From a virus (Duplodnaviria > Caudoviricetes): DNA of 56,022 nt. Of the stretch, positions 53,084-56,022 are shown piece after piece. The stretch is from IMG/VR virus record IMGVR_UViG_3300018005_000018, positions 1 to 56,022 of that record; one strand, 5' to 3'. Each line of letters starts with the position of its first letter. Position 1 is the stretch's first letter. Below the pieces are notes generated by a model, which worked only from the letters and a program-made list of their open reading frames with translations, ran no database searches and was not told where the DNA came from. The translations under genes were made by a program, and so were the position numbers.

Positions 53084-56020
53084 CTATTTTTTAGTTGGCT
53101 TAAAATCAGCTTTAGTCTGAGCAACGGCCTGGTTCCATTCATCCCTTAATCGTACTTGTAATTCCGTTAATTCTGGATTTCTATTATCTGGTTTTTGCTG
53201 ACTTGACTTCCACTGCGATTCTTTCAGGCCAATATGATTCTTTACATTTTGTCCAAACCGGTTAACTGTTATCTCATTGAATGCCTTCACATCTTCTTCC
53301 GACAGTTCAATTTTCTTTCCTCCCCTGTTTATGCTGGTTACACGATTTATGTTCTTAAATGCCCCATATTCCATTAATTTATCATAGACCTCTTTATTTT
53401 GCTCTTTTAAGTGTTCTGTGAAATATACGCTCTTAGGTGTAGGATAGACTTTCTTCTCAGCTTCAGACATCTTGTTATAAAGATCAACTTTGTCATCCTC
53501 TGGCAAACGGTTATACATTTCAATATTGATGTCTTTATTTTCTCCTCCGATATTGTCCAATAAATCCTGTCCTTGGAAAATAGTTATCTTGCCATCCTTG
53601 ACATTTTGATTTATAATATCAGTCATCTTACTAAGATTTTCTTTAGACAATGGCTTGCCGGCTTCTCCTGCTTCGACAATCTTATGTATGTCTTCTCTGA
53701 CCTTCAGCTTATTTTTTTGATTTTCTGATTGCTTTCCTCTGGGATATCTGTCATAATAAGTGTTCCTGATATTCTTTTCTAATGGAGTGAAATAATGCCT
53801 TTCCCTTACACCTATGGTGTTAATAAAATTATCCCATAGCCTGTTATCACTTTGATTCTTTCCCCACCCTTCAGGGAACATCTTCGTTATCTGTGTCGGC
53901 ATTGGTGATGTAACAATAGATTTTAACCAATCCGTTGTGCTCTCAGGGATGCCTTGATAATCACGTCTTGTCAACCCTTCCACCCCTACGCTTCGGAATA
54001 ATGGAGATAACCTATTATATGTAAACCTTCGTGGGTCATTAAATAACTCCCACATATCTTCCGGCACACTTCTCATGGTATATTCATTTTTCTTATAAAC
54101 AAAAGAAAAAGGTTTATCGAAGTGATAATCATCATCAAATAACTTATTCAAAAGCCTTGATGCAACAAACAATGTTCCGCCTAAGATTATTAATGCTCGC
54201 CTCTGCTCTGCACCTTTTGGAGTCAATGCCTGCCCAACAAACTTAGTACGTGCTTCCAGAAAATCCGGTGCTAGTGCCATTGTTCTGAATATATGCTGCA
54301 TGGTAGGGTTTCTACCTATCAAATCATAGTTGAGATTCCCATAAGCAGCATTGGATTGATTGGCTGATAACGCATAAATCTGATCTTGTGAATATTTTTT
54401 TTGGTATCTTTTTAAATTACGGTCCAGCATGTGCTCAGCAGTCGTTAATTTTAATTTTGGTATGTATTCATTAAACAGATATTCCTGTAGTGGCAATATG
54501 GTGTCTTTTATAATAGGAATCTTACTTGCTATGTTTAAAGAAGCGAGCCCTTCTGCGAAATTTGACTTTGCCTGAAAATCATATAACTGCAAGCCACCTT
54601 TTATTAATTTTTGATGCGTAACATCTTCCGGATTAAATTCTTTCAAGCCCCATATAGGATTCACGGTGTGCCCTATGGCATGAAACCCTTCCTGTATATA
54701 ATGGAAGAAAGGTGATAACATAAAGATCGTCTGCTTTGTCACATTAACCCCTTTTGATATTGCCCTCAAAGGAACGGATTTCATCAGATCGGACTTACCG
54801 AGTATGTTTGATAACCTGGTAGCATAATCTGGATGTACAACTAATTCTCCTTTTGCGAATACATTTGTTCCATCTGGTGTTTTTGTTGCCCAGTACCAAT
54901 CCCGGAAAGCCGGATGGTTCACATATTTGTAATCAGATACCTCTTCAGGTTTTGTATAAGGATTCACCAGTGCTGCTTTTGCAATATTCTCATCTTTTGT
55001 CAGGCTTCCCATCCCTGCATTGGCAATAACAGGTCTGCCATCGGCTGCTTTGCCTTCTGTGAGATTTTTTATGAAAGCACGCGAGTAAAGAGTTCTGGCA
55101 AATCCTTTTGAGTAAGCAGGGATGATGTCTTTGAAATCCTTATCTGCTCTGAACCCTGCCTGTTCCAGATCAAAGAAAGTCTTAAAAATTCTTCCTCTGG
55201 CATATTTGAAATTGGTGTTTAATTTGCCATTATCAAAACCACCTATTACTTTTGTCACCTTTGGGTCATCCGGTCTGACTCCAAAGTGTGTGACATAATT
55301 TTCAACCTGTGATTTTAATATTCCCGCATCATATCCCATTTTAAGCATATCATCAAAATATTCTTTTATGGAGTTTGCTATCTTTATCTCATCAGGAGTA
55401 AGGGTTTGCGCATCTTTATATCCCTGTTTGAAAGCTACCTTTGAATCATTCTCTCTCTTTTTAAGTGTCTCAACATCTCCATCTGCTTCAATATAATTCA
55501 CAATGGCATTCCTGCGTGATCTTAAAGGGATTTTCTTCTCTGCAAGTTTTGTAAAATCCATTAATGCCTTATCATTTATCTGCTTTGCCAGACTCCAATC
55601 ACCAAGTGCTTGCTTATAATCTGTCCAGTCAGGCATACTCGAATATGCTTTCCATACAGCTTTGGCATTTTCTTTTAAATTGGTCAAGTTGTTCCTGATC
55701 TTATCATCAATATTCTTAGGTGCAAATTTTGAGATTTTGTTTTTTATACTCTGCAACCATTCTTTCATCGAGACTTTCTGTGTAGGAACAGATTTTAAAT
55801 CTTCAATCAATTTAGCTTCCCGTTCTGATTTTATTTTTCCAAACTCAGTTTCTTCAAAAGGAATAGGTTTCTCTGCTTTAGCCATTTCTGCAAGTTCGGG
55901 GACATTATATATTTTCTCTCTCAAATCCTGTTCTTCTTTCTTTGTTATTTCACCTGCCTTCAAAGCATCCTGTACATCACCAATGGATCTATATGTCTTG
56001 CCCTTAAACTCTATTCCTTT
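53084..56020 (-). CDS. C-terminal part of a giant virion/ejection-type (large polyvalent-like) protein, 5'-truncated by window edge
   Basis: Frame stays open to the window end; helical, ENYVTH, A..SN.AYG.LNY, LAPDF motifs seen in phage internal virion proteins. Confidence 0.6.
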   Translation of the reverse strand, partial: KGIEFKGKTYRSIGDVQDALKAGEITKKEEQDLREKIYNVPELAEMAKAEKPIPFEETEFGKIKSEREAKLIEDLKSVPTQKVSMKEWLQSIKNKISKFAPKNIDDKIRNNLTNLKENAKAVWKAYSSMPDWTDYKQALGDWSLAKQINDKALMDFTKLAEKKIPLRSRRNAIVNYIEADGDVETLKKRENDSKVAFKQGYKDAQTLTPDEIKIANSIKEYFDDMLKMGYDAGILKSQVENYVTHFGVRPDDPKVTKVIGGFDNGKLNTNFKYARGRIFKTFFDLEQAGFRADKDFKDIIPAYSKGFARTLYSRAFIKNLTEGKAADGRPVIANAGMGSLTKDENIAKAALVNPYTKPEEVSDYKYVNHPAFRDWYWATKTPDGTNVFAKGELVVHPDYATRLSNILGKSDLMKSVPLRAISKGVNVTKQTIFMLSPFFHYIQEGFHAIGHTVNPIWGLKEFNPEDVTHQKLIKGGLQLYDFQAKSNFAEGLASLNIASKIPIIKDTILPLQEYLFNEYIPKLKLTTAEHMLDRNLKRYQKKYSQDQIYALSANQSNAAYGNLNYDLIGRNPTMQHIFRTMALAPDFLEARTKFVGQALTPKGAEQRRALIILGGTLFVASRLLNKLFDDDYHFDKPFSFVYKKNEYTMRSVPEDMWELFNDPRRFTYNRLSPLFRSVGVEGLTRRDYQGIPESTTDWLKSIVTSPMPTQITKMFPEGWGKNQSDNRLWDNFINTIGVRERHYFTPLEKNIRNTYYDRYPRGKQSENQKNKLKVREDIHKIVEAGEAGKPLSKENLSKMTDIINQNVKDGKITIFQGQDLLDNIGGENKDINIEMYNRLPEDDKVDLYNKMSEAEKKVYPTPKSVYFTEHLKEQNKEVYDKLMEYGAFKNINRVTSINRGGKKIELSEEDVKAFNEITVNRFGQNVKNHIGLKESQWKSSQQKPDNRNPELTELQVRLRDEWNQAVAQTKADFKPTKK

Positions 56021-56022
56021 TG

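Noticed and set aside
1-56022. Prophage or host-chromosome flank, suggested by sugar genes and secreted CAZyme
   Set aside because: These genes are translationally coupled to phage genes; no integrase, att site or housekeeping genes seen

Overview
A 56-kb segment of a podovirus-type Bacteroidota phage with a crAss-like virion module. No host-type housekeeping genes, integrase, CRISPR array, tRNA, DNA/RNA polymerase or reverse transcriptase were recognised. Most genes lie on the minus strand. From right to left these are: the C-terminal part of a giant virion/ejection-type protein; a holin-like gene; a replication/recombination block (primase-helicase, GroES, YqaJ exonuclease, RusA, DUF3127 SSB-like, RecT-like) interrupted by a GC-richer 2.4-kb insert; a short mostly plus-strand early-type region (33.7-38.7 kb); an FN3/DxD-transferase cassette; a deoxysugar/glycosyltransferase cluster (RmlD-like, NDP-sugar C-methyltransferase, SAM methyltransferase, RgpF-like and GT2 transferases, PAPS-reductase-like) directly upstream of terminase-portal-scaffold-major capsid; then decoration, lysis, tail-ring and fibre genes, ending in a >1082-aa PL9 lyase/Ig protein that runs off the window. 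About 14 Bacteroidota TAnnTTTG promoter boxes and several signal peptides with Gln at +1 point to a Bacteroidota host. The most unusual signals are: (1) a run of tail-fibre/spike genes that all carry cleavable Sec signal peptides; (2) a holin-like gene fused through an internal signal-peptidase site to a putative outer-membrane beta-barrel; (3) a muzzle-like N-terminal segment fused to FISUMP lectin-type domains, one circularly permuted; (4) promoter-to-terminator mini-RNAs complementary to translation starts of phage genes, and A-B-A'-B' structured leaders ahead of HNH-AP2 endonucleases; (5) a methylated-deoxysugar pathway in the packaging operon. All family calls are from motif recognition by eye; no database searches or folding programs were run.
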